A DNA stretch of 64,000 nt from Planctomycetota bacterium (GCA_022711465.1 JAKLEZ010000011.1:1-64000), one strand, 5' to 3'. Numbered from the stretch's first letter, positions 47,554-57,509 are shown. Notes: generated by a model not told the origin, from the letters alone. Made by a program: numbers and translations.

Positions 47554-48103
47554 AGAAGTGTAGAGATCTTAGCGCGGGGCACGGCCCACGCCTGTTTGCT
47601 CTCGGTCCAGACGGTGAGGCTGAAGGCGGAGCGTCGCTCGGGGAATCGCAGAAGGTGAGTAGCTGGCCGCCTCTTCAGACAGAGTATGCCTTCCTGAGCG
47701 GCGGAGGCAAACCCTGCCTAACCCTATGATAGGCCGGCTGGGGGCGACCAGGCCATGCGGAAGAACGGTGGATGCCAGCGGGCGAGGGGTCACAGGATCC
47801 TGCCGGTCTCGGTCGGTGTGGGGATGGGTACCTCGAGCCGCGGTCATTCACGCTGTCGCCGGCAGGATCGGCGGGGCGGACCTCGCTGATCCGCCGGAGA
47901 GGGCAGTGTTGGTTAGGCGGCGCGGCGGGAACACCGGCCGCAAGCTAGAGGCCCGCCTGACGGAAAACCGTCCCACGGCCTTTCCAGAGGGCCCATCCGC
48001 CACACAGGCTGGCCGTTTCGCAGGTACGACCCTGATAGCGGAGGCGCGCATTTTGCAGCCCCATTGCTGGTAGGATGACGGGCGGCGGGGCCCTGGTGGA
48101 TGT

Positions 48104-50365
48104 TTACTGACGCCGAAAATGATCCAGCCCCACGCGTGTGGTTTCGCCTGGCTGCAGCCGGATGGAGACGGTCTTGCCACAGTAGAGCAGTGTGCCGTGA
48201 GTGCCGCTGCCACTTCGCACGGTGACGTCGGCCAACTGGCCGTCTCTCCAGCGCATGTCGATCTCGAAGCCGCCACGGGCGCGCAGGCCGGTCACGCTGC
48301 CAGTCGCCCAGGCCTTAGGCAAGGCCGGCAGCAGACTGATCACGCCCTCGTGTGACTGCAGCAGCATCTCGGCCACGGCCGCGGTGATACCCAGGTTGCC
48401 GTCGATCTGCATGGGGGGATGGTTGCCGAACAGGTTGCGGCACGTCGAGGGTGTGGAGAGCAGGGCCAGGAGCATGTCGTGCGCTTTCTCGGCCTCGTGC
48501 AGGCGGGCCCACAGGGCGCATCGCCAAGCGAAGGCCCATTCCCGGTTGCTGTCGCCGGTCTGGCCGCGAGCGGTCAATGAGACGGCGGCCGCTTTGGCCA
48601 GGTCGGGGGTGCCGACCGTACTGACTTGGCGCCCGGGGTAGACCGCGAACAAGTGGGACGTGTGTCGGTGATGATCGTTGGGATCGTCGCGGTCGACCAT
48701 CCACTCCTGGAGTTGAGCCCATTTGCCGATCTTCGGGCCAACGAGCTTGTCGCGCTTGGCCGCCACCTTCGCGCGGAAGTCGGCATCGAGCCCCAGCGTT
48801 TCGCTGGCCTCGACGAAGTTGGTGAACAGGTCCCAGACGATGACCTGGTTATAGGTGATCCCATCCTCATTGGGCCCGTGTTCGGGGGACCAGCCGTTGG
48901 GCACCACGAGCCGGCCGTCGGGCAGGGCCTTGAGATGATCCTCCCAGAACTGGCAAGTCTCCTTGAGGATGGGATAGGCCACGTCACGGAGAAAGGCCTT
49001 GTCGCGGCCGAAGGCGTAGTGCTCCCACAGATGCTGGCAGTACCACGCGTTGGCGGTCTTGTCCCATCGCCACCCCATGCCGCCGCAGATATTGTGTGAA
49101 GTTCGCAGCGCCCAGCCGCGCACCGTGCCGCTCGCCACGGCATATTCCCTCTCGGCCCTGGTGGCTTTTCGCCAAGGCTCGAGCTGACTTCTGATCAAGT
49201 CAAAAAGGGGGCGATGACATTCTGCGAGGTTAGTGATCTCCGCCGGCCAATAGTTCATCTGGATGTTGATGTTGGTGTGGTAGTCGCAGGCCCAGGGAGG
49301 GGCATTGCTCTCGTTCCAGAGCCCTTGCAGGTTGGCGGGCAGGTCTCCCGGGCGCGAGCAACTGATCAGCAGATACCGGCCGTACTGAAAGAACAGGGCT
49401 TCCATCTCCGGGTCGGCGCCTTTGGCCACGCGGCTCTTGCGCTGGTCAGCAGGCAGTGCCTTGCGTTCGTCGGGCGACAGGCCCAGATCCAGCGCGACGC
49501 GGTTGAAGAGGGCCTGGTAGTCCCGCACATGGTCGTGCTTGAGTGCGGCATCGTCCTTGGCCAGAGCCTTGGTCATCTGGCCGTTCACACGTTCGTGAGG
49601 GGGATCGCCGCGATAGCCGCGGGCGTAGTCCATCGCGTAGTCGGTGCCCGCGGTCAGGTACAGTGTTACGCTGTCGCACCCCGCGAACTCGATTCGAGCA
49701 TCAACTGCCTGGAGCGATCCTCCCTTGTGAGCGGCCGCCAACTGGGCCTCGTACTTCATGCCGTTGCAGAGTGTCCCCGAGATGACCAGCCGGCCATCGC
49801 GCGCCACAGTGCGGGCCTTGTGGGCGTCATGGAGTTCGATCGAGCCGGCGCAGGCGCCGGCCCGGTCGGCGGCCAGCTGAACGACCAGTGCCTGGTCCGG
49901 CCTGCTGCAGAAGTACTCCCGGGAGTAGTTGACCTCGCCGACCCGATATCGCACGCTCGCGATGGCGGTGGAGATATCCAGAGCGCGTTGATAGCCGCTG
50001 GCCTGCTCGTGTCCAGGCAGTTGGATGAGCACTTCACCGAACTTCTGGTACGCTCCCATGGTCTTGTCGTAGGAACCGTCCACCGGGTCGTAGCTGCCGG
50101 AGGGGTTCTCGTCGCCGGTCCACAGGCTGTCCTCGTTGAACACGATCTTCTCGAGAGCGGTTCCCCCAAAGACCATTCCACCCATGCGGCCATTCCCGAT
50201 GGGCAGGGCCTCGGTCATGCCCGAGTTGGGGTTGGCCGGAACGTCGTACCACAAGGTCAGGTCGCGGCGCGCTGCCGCCCCATCGGCTGTCCGGGCACCG
50301 TTTGCCAAGCACAGGCCCGACAGGAGCAGCCAGGTCGTCGTCCTGAACAGAACCGTTGAAGACAT
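48104..50365 (-). CDS. glycoside hydrolase family 95 (alpha-L-fucosidase type)
   Basis: Signal peptide. GH95 N-domain signature LPIGNGRMGGMVFGG...FNEDSLWTG. 753 aa. Confidence 0.85.
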   Translation of the reverse strand: MSSTVLFRTTTWLLLSGLCLANGARTADGAAARRDLTLWYDVPANPNSGMTEALPIGNGRMGGMVFGGTALEKIVFNEDSLWTGDENPSGSYDPVDGSYDKTMGAYQKFGEVLIQLPGHEQASGYQRALDISTAIASVRYRVGEVNYSREYFCSRPDQALVVQLAADRAGACAGSIELHDAHKARTVARDGRLVISGTLCNGMKYEAQLAAAHKGGSLQAVDARIEFAGCDSVTLYLTAGTDYAMDYARGYRGDPPHERVNGQMTKALAKDDAALKHDHVRDYQALFNRVALDLGLSPDERKALPADQRKSRVAKGADPEMEALFFQYGRYLLISCSRPGDLPANLQGLWNESNAPPWACDYHTNINIQMNYWPAEITNLAECHRPLFDLIRSQLEPWRKATRAEREYAVASGTVRGWALRTSHNICGGMGWRWDKTANAWYCQHLWEHYAFGRDKAFLRDVAYPILKETCQFWEDHLKALPDGRLVVPNGWSPEHGPNEDGITYNQVIVWDLFTNFVEASETLGLDADFRAKVAAKRDKLVGPKIGKWAQLQEWMVDRDDPNDHHRHTSHLFAVYPGRQVSTVGTPDLAKAAAVSLTARGQTGDSNREWAFAWRCALWARLHEAEKAHDMLLALLSTPSTCRNLFGNHPPMQIDGNLGITAAVAEMLLQSHEGVISLLPALPKAWATGSVTGLRARGGFEIDMRWRDGQLADVTVRSGSGTHGTLLYCGKTVSIRLQPGETTRVGLDHFRRQ

Positions 50366-50468
50366 CGGGGACCGCCTTTCCCGCCGGCTCGGTGATCATC
50401 GCGGCCGGCGGCCTCCGAACGGCCTCGACCGGCGCCGAGTGACCAGGCCGCGACGGGCATCGCGCGGG

Positions 50469-50681
50469 CTATCGGGACTGGCCCTCGGATGAGCCTCCTG
50501 CCGCGGGCTCTTCCGCTTGTTGGTTCATGCGGGCGGCGTGGGCCAGGGCGCGGTGCTCGGCGTAATGGCGCAGTTCGTCATCCCGGCCACAGGAGAACGA
50601 CTCCACGGCCGAGTTCGTCGCCGTGTCGAGTACTTCCCAGGCGCAGGCATCGACGTTGTACTGTGCGAAGAACCGAGGCAT
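50469..50681 (-). CDS. small hypothetical protein
   Basis: 70-aa ORF with a globular-looking composition (MPRFFAQYNVDACAWEVLDTATNSAVESFSCGRDDELRHY). Encoded divergently from the phosphatidyltransferase gene. Confidence 0.3.
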   Translation of the reverse strand: MPRFFAQYNVDACAWEVLDTATNSAVESFSCGRDDELRHYAEHRALAHAARMNQQAEEPAAGGSSEGQSR

Positions 50682-50953
50682 CAGAAACCGACCTCCATGA
50701 CAACAGGATTGTATCCCGGCCGGTCCGGCATGTGAAGTCGTCTACCGGCTCCGGAGGCGCCGCCCGGAGAGGCGTCAGCACCCGGGCGACACCGACCTCG
50801 GCGGGACTGTTCCCCGGCGGATCGCCGATCGAGCAATCCGTCCGGATGCCGCCTCGAGGGGATGCGGAGCGGCGACGGTCGCGGCCCCCGCTCACAGTTT
50901 GTGCCGGTCTCGACGGTGCCCTACAATGGCCCCACGGACAGAGAGCCGGCCGC

Positions 50954-51619
50954 ATGGCCCAGTGGCACGTTATAGAGGCAAAAAACGTGTATAAGATCTC
51001 CTGGCCAAACCGGATCACGCTGGCTCGCATTCTCCTCGTCGGGCCATTCGTGGTCATGCTGCTGCACCTGCAGGATCCGGCCTGGGGCGACCGGGCACGA
51101 TGGCTTGCCCTGGGGATCTTCGCGGTCATGGCGGTCAGCGACGCCCTGGACGGATACCTGGCTCGCCGGCTGCATCAGGAATCGGCCGTCGGGCGCTTCC
51201 TCGATCCGCTGGCCGACAAGATGCTGATTCTCTGCTCGGTCGGCCTGCTGGCTCACCGGGGCACGCACGTCAGCGGCATGCTCCTTCCGGACGTGGTGGC
51301 AGTGACGGTGATCGGCAAGGACCTGATCGTGGTCATCGGTTTCTGTATCGTCTACTTCTCGACCTCGCGGATCTACATCGAACCCCGCCGTGTCGGCAAG
51401 CTGTGCACCTTCGCTCAACTCAGCATGGTCATCTCGATTCTGCTCTCGCCCGATCTGCCGAAATCGCTATCCTGGATCCCGGTCGTGTTGTGGTGGACGG
51501 CGTCCATCCTGGCGGCGGCGACCGTGATCCAGTACTTCCAGATGGCCCGGCGGTTCCTGGCCGCCCACGAAGCCAATGGAGCCAAGGGACGGGCGAACGA
51601 AGCGAGAAGCGACAAGTGA
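50954..51619 (+). CDS. CDP-alcohol phosphatidyltransferase (PgsA-like)
   Basis: D-G-x2-A-R-x8-G-x3-D-x3-D motif: AVSDALDGYLARRLHQESAVGRFLDPLADKML. 222 aa, multi-TM. Confidence 0.8.
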   Translation: MAQWHVIEAKNVYKISWPNRITLARILLVGPFVVMLLHLQDPAWGDRARWLALGIFAVMAVSDALDGYLARRLHQESAVGRFLDPLADKMLILCSVGLLAHRGTHVSGMLLPDVVAVTVIGKDLIVVIGFCIVYFSTSRIYIEPRRVGKLCTFAQLSMVISILLSPDLPKSLSWIPVVLWWTASILAAATVIQYFQMARRFLAAHEANGAKGRANEARSDK

Positions 51620-51633
51620 GCAACGCGAACGAA

Positions 51634-52389
51634 ATGCAGGAACGCGAGGTCCTTGCCCCGCCACCCACCGAGGTCGTTCGGTCATCGCCTCGGGGGCGAC
51701 TGCCACGATGGGACCGAGTCTCCGTTTTCTTCCTCGTCGCGGTTGCGGGATACCTGATCCTGCTGAATCAGGATCTGCCGCTGATGCGGATCCGGTATAC
51801 GCTCATTCCCGGCGAGCCACAGGACTGGCTGAAGGAGGTGCTGGGCAGCGTGCGTGAGTTCGGGCAGGCCGGGGCGGTGATTCTGGCCATCGCCATCGCG
51901 GCCAGCTACGACCGGCGATGGAAGCCTGTCGTGTGCGCCCTGCTGCTGGCCGAGGCCCTGGCCGCGGCCGGATACGATTCGGGCAAGTACTTCCTGCCTC
52001 GGCACCGGCCGTATGCAGCGACCCGACAACACGCTGAAGGCTCGGCGACCCCCGGCCTGCAGGCGCTGCAGCGATTCACGGTCAGCGATACCTGGCTCGG
52101 CTCGCGTCCGTCCGGCCACGGCTTTGACACCGAGTCGTTTCCGTCCGGCCACTCCGCGAGTTCGTTCGCGATCGCCTGCGTCCTGAGCTGCTACTATCCC
52201 CGACTGGCCTGGCTGTTGTGGCCGCTGGCATTCGGTTGTGCGGCCTCACGATACCTCGAAGCCGTGCACTGGCTGAGTGACTGCTGGCTCGGGGCGTTCT
52301 GGGGATACCTCTCCGGCCGGCTCGCGTTGTTCATCGTTGTTCGGGGCGGGGCCATGAGCGGCAGGGCGCATTCCTGCTCGCTTCCGTAG
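51634..52389 (+). CDS. PAP2-family lipid phosphatase
   Basis: PAP2 motifs: KYFLPRHRP; PSGHSASS; AASRYLEAVHWLSD. An alternative GTG start at 51616 would overlap the upstream stop (GTGA). Confidence 0.75.
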   Translation: MQEREVLAPPPTEVVRSSPRGRLPRWDRVSVFFLVAVAGYLILLNQDLPLMRIRYTLIPGEPQDWLKEVLGSVREFGQAGAVILAIAIAASYDRRWKPVVCALLLAEALAAAGYDSGKYFLPRHRPYAATRQHAEGSATPGLQALQRFTVSDTWLGSRPSGHGFDTESFPSGHSASSFAIACVLSCYYPRLAWLLWPLAFGCAASRYLEAVHWLSDCWLGAFWGYLSGRLALFIVVRGGAMSGRAHSCSLP

Positions 52390-52423
52390 CATTCCGCGTA
52401 GCCCATCGGGCCGCGAAACGGCC

Positions 52424-53827
52424 TTACATCGACCATCCCTGGCGGTAGTCGCGATGCACGTACTTGTTGGCCTCGGGCAGACTGGTCACCTTCAGCGCGG
52501 GCCAGTCCCACTCCAGTGTTCGGCCGGGGAAGCGCAGGGCGACGTTCCCGAGAAGCAGTGCCTCGGTCACCGTGGCCGCGAACTCGAAGTTGGCGCCGGC
52601 CGGCTCGCCGCCCCTGCAGGCCCGGAGCCACTCCTCGTGATGGCCGATCGATCGGGGCAGCGTTTTCGGCGGCGGCTTGAACGCGTCTGCCCGGGCGGCA
52701 GGGACGAGGCGCGGCTTCTGGCCGCAGAATCCGCAGACCAACGCACCCTCGTCGCCCACCAGGATCATGCCTTCGTCCTCGAGCGGCCGCTCGCGCTCCA
52801 TGTGCCGGGGTTTGACGGGGCGCAGCCCGCCGTCGTACCAGAAGACGCTGACCGGCGGCATCGACCCGCGGGCAGCGAACTCCCAGCGAATAAGGGAGGC
52901 CTGCGGCCAGCTTTCGTTGTTCATCTCCGGTTTGGCCCACATCTTGGCGGCGAAACCTGAGCCGCTCGCCTCGACGGCCAGGGGACCCCTCAGGCCCAGC
53001 ACCCTGAAGATGATATCGAAGGCGTAGCAGCCCATGTCGCCCAAGGCGCCGGTCCCAAAATCCCGCCAGCCCCTAAAGACCAGCGGAAGATAGGTGGGAT
53101 GGTATGGCCGATGCGGGGCGGGCCCCAGCCACAGATCCCAATCGAGCGTCGGGGGGACGGGGGGCGTATCCGTCGGCCGCTCCATGCCCTGAGGCCAGAA
53201 CGGACGGTTGGACCACAGGTGAACCTCACGGACGCCGCCGATGGCCCCGGCGTCAATCCACTCGCGCAGGAGGCGTGGCTCCTCGCCGGCCTGGGGCCCG
53301 GTGCCCAACTGGGTCGCCCGCCTGGTTTCGCGGGTCAGCCCGCTGAGCGTACGGGCTTCGTAGATGGTGTGGGTGAACGGTTTCTGGCAGTAGACATGCT
53401 TGCCGGCTTTCAGGGCGGCGGCGGTGATCACGGCATGGCTGTGGTCCGGAGTAACGATCAGAGTCGCGTCGAGATCCTTGTGCTGGGAGAGCAATTCACG
53501 ATAGTCCTTGTAGGTCTTGCACGCCCGGTCGCCGTAGTGGGCGTTGACCGCGTTGCGGGCGGCGGTCAGGTTCTTGACCTCGACATCGCAGACCGCCACG
53601 ACTCGCACCTGCGATTTGTCGAGAAAGCTCCCCATGTCGCGCATGCCCTGATCGCCCACACCGATCGCGGCGAGAGTGATAACCTCGCTGGGCGCTGTCC
53701 GGCCCGCGCCACCGAGGACATGCCGGGCGACGAGCGTCCACGCAGCACCGGTCGCGGTGGCCCCGGCCACGAACTGCCGGCGAGAGACACCGCCGGCCCG
53801 ATTCCGAACTGGCCTTGGTGAGTTCAT
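52424..53827 (-). CDS. Gfo/Idh/MocA-family oxidoreductase with twin-arginine signal peptide
   Basis: TAT motif SRRQFVAGATATGAAW. Rossmann domain LAAIGVGDQGMRD. Confidence 0.85.
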   Translation of the reverse strand: MNSPRPVRNRAGGVSRRQFVAGATATGAAWTLVARHVLGGAGRTAPSEVITLAAIGVGDQGMRDMGSFLDKSQVRVVAVCDVEVKNLTAARNAVNAHYGDRACKTYKDYRELLSQHKDLDATLIVTPDHSHAVITAAALKAGKHVYCQKPFTHTIYEARTLSGLTRETRRATQLGTGPQAGEEPRLLREWIDAGAIGGVREVHLWSNRPFWPQGMERPTDTPPVPPTLDWDLWLGPAPHRPYHPTYLPLVFRGWRDFGTGALGDMGCYAFDIIFRVLGLRGPLAVEASGSGFAAKMWAKPEMNNESWPQASLIRWEFAARGSMPPVSVFWYDGGLRPVKPRHMERERPLEDEGMILVGDEGALVCGFCGQKPRLVPAARADAFKPPPKTLPRSIGHHEEWLRACRGGEPAGANFEFAATVTEALLLGNVALRFPGRTLEWDWPALKVTSLPEANKYVHRDYRQGWSM

Positions 53828-54609
53828 CCTTCGCCCCCTTCGCGAGCCGCCTTCGGATCGAGCGGCTTGATGAAGATGTTCTTGAACTGCACCAGGGCCG
53901 GCGGGCTAACCCACTTGCCATCCCTCCTATCACCGTGGTGCTGCAGGCCAATGGCCCCCTTGACGGCGAGGCTCGGCAACTTCGCGCCGGGAAGCACGGT
54001 CTTGCCGTTCAGCACGACCTTGACCACGTCGCCGCGCACGGTGATCTCGTATCGATTCCACTCACCGACCGGCTTGTCCGCCTGGGTCCTGGGAGTGACC
54101 GCGGCGCGCACCTCCGGCGACACATTCGGATCGGTGCGATAACCATACATCTCGCCGGAACCGATCGGCCAGCACCAGATATTACACTGGTTCTTCGCGC
54201 TGCCCCGGACCATGACGCCGGAATCGGAATCCGGCAGGGCCATGCGCATTTCCTTGCCGTGGATGTCGCGAGCGTGGGTGCCGTCCGGGAGGATGTACGG
54301 CACGTTGGGGTTGGTGTAGGGCGTCTCCTTGATGCGCCAGTCCACGCGGAGAACGAAGTCGGTATACTCCTGCGTGGTCCAGAGACTCTTGTCGCCCTTG
54401 GCCTCGCTCCCGGCGTCGTAGTCAATGACCCCGTCGATGACTTTCCAGTGGTTGCCGTCGCCCTCGGGAACCTCCCATCCGGAAAAGTCCTTGCCGTTGA
54501 ACAGGGAGATGAAGCCTTCCCCGGGCTCGTTGTCGGCCGACCACACCAGCGGTGCCAGCAAGCCGATGGCGGCGAACAGTACCGCGAGCAAAACAGGCGT
54601 CTTCTTCAT
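53824..54609 (-). CDS. DUF1080 (3-keto-disaccharide hydrolase-like) secreted protein
   Basis: Signal peptide. Hallmark FISLFNGKDFSGWEV...WKVIDGVIDYD. Overlaps the upstream oxidoreductase stop by 4 nt. Confidence 0.85.
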   Translation of the reverse strand: MKKTPVLLAVLFAAIGLLAPLVWSADNEPGEGFISLFNGKDFSGWEVPEGDGNHWKVIDGVIDYDAGSEAKGDKSLWTTQEYTDFVLRVDWRIKETPYTNPNVPYILPDGTHARDIHGKEMRMALPDSDSGVMVRGSAKNQCNIWCWPIGSGEMYGYRTDPNVSPEVRAAVTPRTQADKPVGEWNRYEITVRGDVVKVVLNGKTVLPGAKLPSLAVKGAIGLQHHGDRRDGKWVSPPALVQFKNIFIKPLDPKAAREGGEG

Positions 54610-54642
54610 GTCAGTCTCCTCGAAAGGATGAACAGGTATCCA

Positions 54643-55914
54643 TCAACGGGTCGACGGCGAAGTCGGTTCAGGCCATCGGATATCCGAAGGCGGCCGGCCA
54701 GTCCTGGGCCGATCGAACTTCTCGCCGTACTTGGTGAATCCGTCCACGAGTCCGCCGTGCGAGAGGAAGAACTGCCCTTTCTCGATGCCCATGAAACGAT
54801 CGAGGCGGTCTGCCTTGCCGGTTGCATCGTGACTGAAGGAGGCGGTGGTCAGCTCGACCCACCGGCCGGCAGCCGTTCGGATCCACTGGTTGCCGTAGAG
54901 GGCCTTGCGCACGACGTGTCCGTTGGCTCCCCCGAAGTTCTCGCTGAAACTGTAGAGCCCGCGAAGATAGCCGCCCTCCTTGGGGGCTCTCCAACTCGAG
55001 ATCAGGATCCACTCCTTCTTCTCCGGGTGGAAGTAGTAGCCCGAGTAGACGGTGTGGGTCGCGTTGGTCGGCCTGGCCGTCACGATGAATCGCTGCCTCT
55101 CGCCGGTCCTCCACATGAACTTGAGGTGGCTGTGACCGCCGGTGCCTTCGTTGCCGAAATCGCCCGAGTAGACGCCCTCGCCCTTACCGACCAGGGTGAC
55201 GCGGTTGTCGGCCGCGACCTTGTTGCGATCCACGGCCTCATCACCGCTGTCCCAGACGCTGAAGATGATCCGCCGTTCGGTCGGGCTGTTGACCTGCATG
55301 CCGAAGTAGCCCCGATGCCAGCCGCAGGCCATGTAGTAGGTCCAGAGCGGATCCTCGAGGCCAGTCATCTCGCAGTAGAAGGCTTCGACCTTCTCGTCCT
55401 TGGGCACGGGGTAAAACAGATGGACCGAGGCGGCGTTGCGGCGCGGCTTGAGATTGAAGTGGGCGTCTTGGATCGCAGATCCGTCCAGCAGCAGGGCGTC
55501 CAGGTCGCCCGCGGGCCGGCCTTTCTCGTTCAGCGATTCGAGCACAAACCGCTGGTATCCCGCGGCCGGCACCTCGAACAAACCGAAACGCACGATGACC
55601 GGGTCCCGTCCGTTGCCCTCGGCCGACGCTTCGCGGGATCGTCCGGCCACGGCGAGCCGCAGGCGCGAGGTCGTGCCGGACGGCAACCGCAGCTCGACGG
55701 AACACTCGAGCGACCCCGGCTTCTTGAACTGTCCGAACCACAGCACCTTCTGCGAGGGGTCCTTCCAGCCGGTGACGCCCTTCTCGGAGACATGCACCGC
55801 TTCCGGCTTCGGATCGACGTAGGCGGTGGATGCGGGCACGCGAAGCCCACTGTCCGCGGCCGCCGCCATCGAAGCAGTGAAGCACAGCACGACCGTCGTC
55901 AAGATCCTCATCAT
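54643..55914 (-). CDS. secreted DUF3472/DUF5077-like protein
   Basis: Signal peptide MMRILTTVVLCFTASMAAAA. CGWHRGYFGMQVNSPTERRIIFSVWD resembles the DUF3472 core. The family call is from memory. Confidence 0.55.
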   Translation of the reverse strand: MMRILTTVVLCFTASMAAAADSGLRVPASTAYVDPKPEAVHVSEKGVTGWKDPSQKVLWFGQFKKPGSLECSVELRLPSGTTSRLRLAVAGRSREASAEGNGRDPVIVRFGLFEVPAAGYQRFVLESLNEKGRPAGDLDALLLDGSAIQDAHFNLKPRRNAASVHLFYPVPKDEKVEAFYCEMTGLEDPLWTYYMACGWHRGYFGMQVNSPTERRIIFSVWDSGDEAVDRNKVAADNRVTLVGKGEGVYSGDFGNEGTGGHSHLKFMWRTGERQRFIVTARPTNATHTVYSGYYFHPEKKEWILISSWRAPKEGGYLRGLYSFSENFGGANGHVVRKALYGNQWIRTAAGRWVELTTASFSHDATGKADRLDRFMGIEKGQFFLSHGGLVDGFTKYGEKFDRPRTGRPPSDIRWPEPTSPSTR

Positions 55915-55939
55915 TTCACGATCCTCCCTGACAGGTCGC

Positions 55940-57202
55940 TCACAGTGTCCACGGCGATCGCATCGCCCGCGTGAGCATCTTGGATGCCTCGGCGTCGCCC
56001 ACGATCGTTTCCTCTCTGGGATCCCAGGTGATCCCGCGCTTCAGCCGGATGGTGATATCGGCCAGGTGGCTGATAATGTCGGAACGTACGGCGTCGCCGA
56101 TCGGGCTGACCGTCTTGCGGCGCGATTTCACGGCGTCGATGAAGCTCTGGTCCTGCCGCGGACTCTGGATCAGATGAACCTCGTCGGGGCCGATCTTGGA
56201 CTGCAGCAGTGACTTGGGCTCGGCGTCGATCCCGCCACGCCAGATGCGCACCCAGCCGTCCGGCCCGATGAACCTGGTCGAATCGCCACCGGGCTTGAAG
56301 AACATCTTGACGCCGTTGGCCATCTGGTAGGTCACGGCCCAGTTGACCACCGTATTGTAGAGCCCTTTCGCCGGTACCTTGCCGGTGCCTTCGACGGTTA
56401 TTGGGCCGGCGATGTCGGCGTCCGAGCCCCAGATCATGATGTCCAGCGGGTGCGCCCCCCAGCCGGCGAGATAGCCGATCGAGTAGTCGTAGATGTAGTA
56501 CGTTCCGGGTGTCACGCAGCGGTCCTTGGTGTACGGCGCCATCGGAGCCGGGCCGATCCACATCGAATAGTCAAGGGTCGGCGGCACGGGGATTTCCTCG
56601 GTCGAGCCGCCCTCACCGCCGTCGGGCGCGATGACCTCGATGGTGTGCACCTTGCCGATTCGTCCGCTGCGGACCAGCTCGCAGCCGAAGCGGCAGTGGA
56701 CCGAGCTGCGCTGCTGGGTGCCGTACTGGAAGACCCGCTTCTTCTCGGCGAACACCTTGCGGCAGGCGAGGTCCTGCTCGATGGTCACGCCGAGCGGCTT
56801 CTCGACGTAAGCGTCCTTGCCCGCACGAGCGGCAGCGATGGCGATCGGCACGTGCCAGTGATCGGGTGTCGCCACAACCACCGCGTCGATGTCCTTTCGG
56901 GCCAGTAGTTCACGGAAATCAGCGTAGCCCTTGCCCTTGATCCGCTGGGCAGCCGCCTCGCGGCGATCGCTGTAAGCGTCGGCGATGGCTACGCTCCGGG
57001 CATTCCTGCAGCTCAAGAATCCGTTGAGCAGGTAGGTTCCCTGGCCGCCGACGCCGATATGCCCAATGGTGACCCGCTCGCTGGCTGGGGCGGTCTCAGC
57101 GTCCCCTAGGGCCGTCGAGGTGAGCATGTACGGGGCACCAGCCACAGCCATCGCACTGTTCAGAACATGCCGCCGGGTTATCTTCTGGTCGTTCATCGTC
57201 AT
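55940..57202 (-). CDS. Gfo/Idh/MocA-family oxidoreductase with twin-arginine signal peptide
   Basis: TAT motif TRRHVLNSAMAVAGA. Rossmann GHIGVGGQG. 420 aa. Confidence 0.85.
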   Translation of the reverse strand: MTMNDQKITRRHVLNSAMAVAGAPYMLTSTALGDAETAPASERVTIGHIGVGGQGTYLLNGFLSCRNARSVAIADAYSDRREAAAQRIKGKGYADFRELLARKDIDAVVVATPDHWHVPIAIAAARAGKDAYVEKPLGVTIEQDLACRKVFAEKKRVFQYGTQQRSSVHCRFGCELVRSGRIGKVHTIEVIAPDGGEGGSTEEIPVPPTLDYSMWIGPAPMAPYTKDRCVTPGTYYIYDYSIGYLAGWGAHPLDIMIWGSDADIAGPITVEGTGKVPAKGLYNTVVNWAVTYQMANGVKMFFKPGGDSTRFIGPDGWVRIWRGGIDAEPKSLLQSKIGPDEVHLIQSPRQDQSFIDAVKSRRKTVSPIGDAVRSDIISHLADITIRLKRGITWDPREETIVGDAEASKMLTRAMRSPWTL

Positions 57203-57352
57203 GCCCCTTTCTCGTCGCGAATCCGAGATGCGGCCGGCAGTCGCGCAGCTTCAACCAGCGCCGGCCGGACCGGTTCGCATTATACCCGGCGGCTCGAGTT
57301 GCACGACCCCGAGCGATCGGCGTACTTGACGCCCCGCACCGACCTTGCCTTG

Positions 57353-57440
57353 TTGAGTGTGGGAGTGTGCGAGTGCGGGAGTACGCGGGTGTGCGATTGT
57401 GGGAGTATGAAAGTGTGGGAGTGTGGCAGTATGCAGGTGT
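57353..57440. repeat. degenerate octanucleotide tandem repeat (about 11 x GSGAGTRT)
   Basis: ttgagtgt gggagtgt gcgagtgc gggagtac gcgggtgt gcgattgt gggagtat gaaagtgt gggagtgt ggcagtat gcaggtgt. Intergenic. Followed by hairpin GACCGGCA-TCT-TGCCGGTC (57443-57461) and a 12-bp inverted repeat GTGTGGGACCGG/CCGGTCCCACAC (57437-57448 / 57479-57490). Confidence 0.6.
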
Positions 57441-57509
57441 GGGACCGGCATCTTGCCGGTCAAACGATAGGCTGTCAGCCGGTCCCACACTACCTCCTGA
57501 AATAGGCGG

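Noticed and set aside
53815-55974. 719-aa plus-strand ORF spanning the DUF1080 and DUF3472-like genes
   Set aside because: Antisense to two well-supported minus-strand genes. No recognisable domains.
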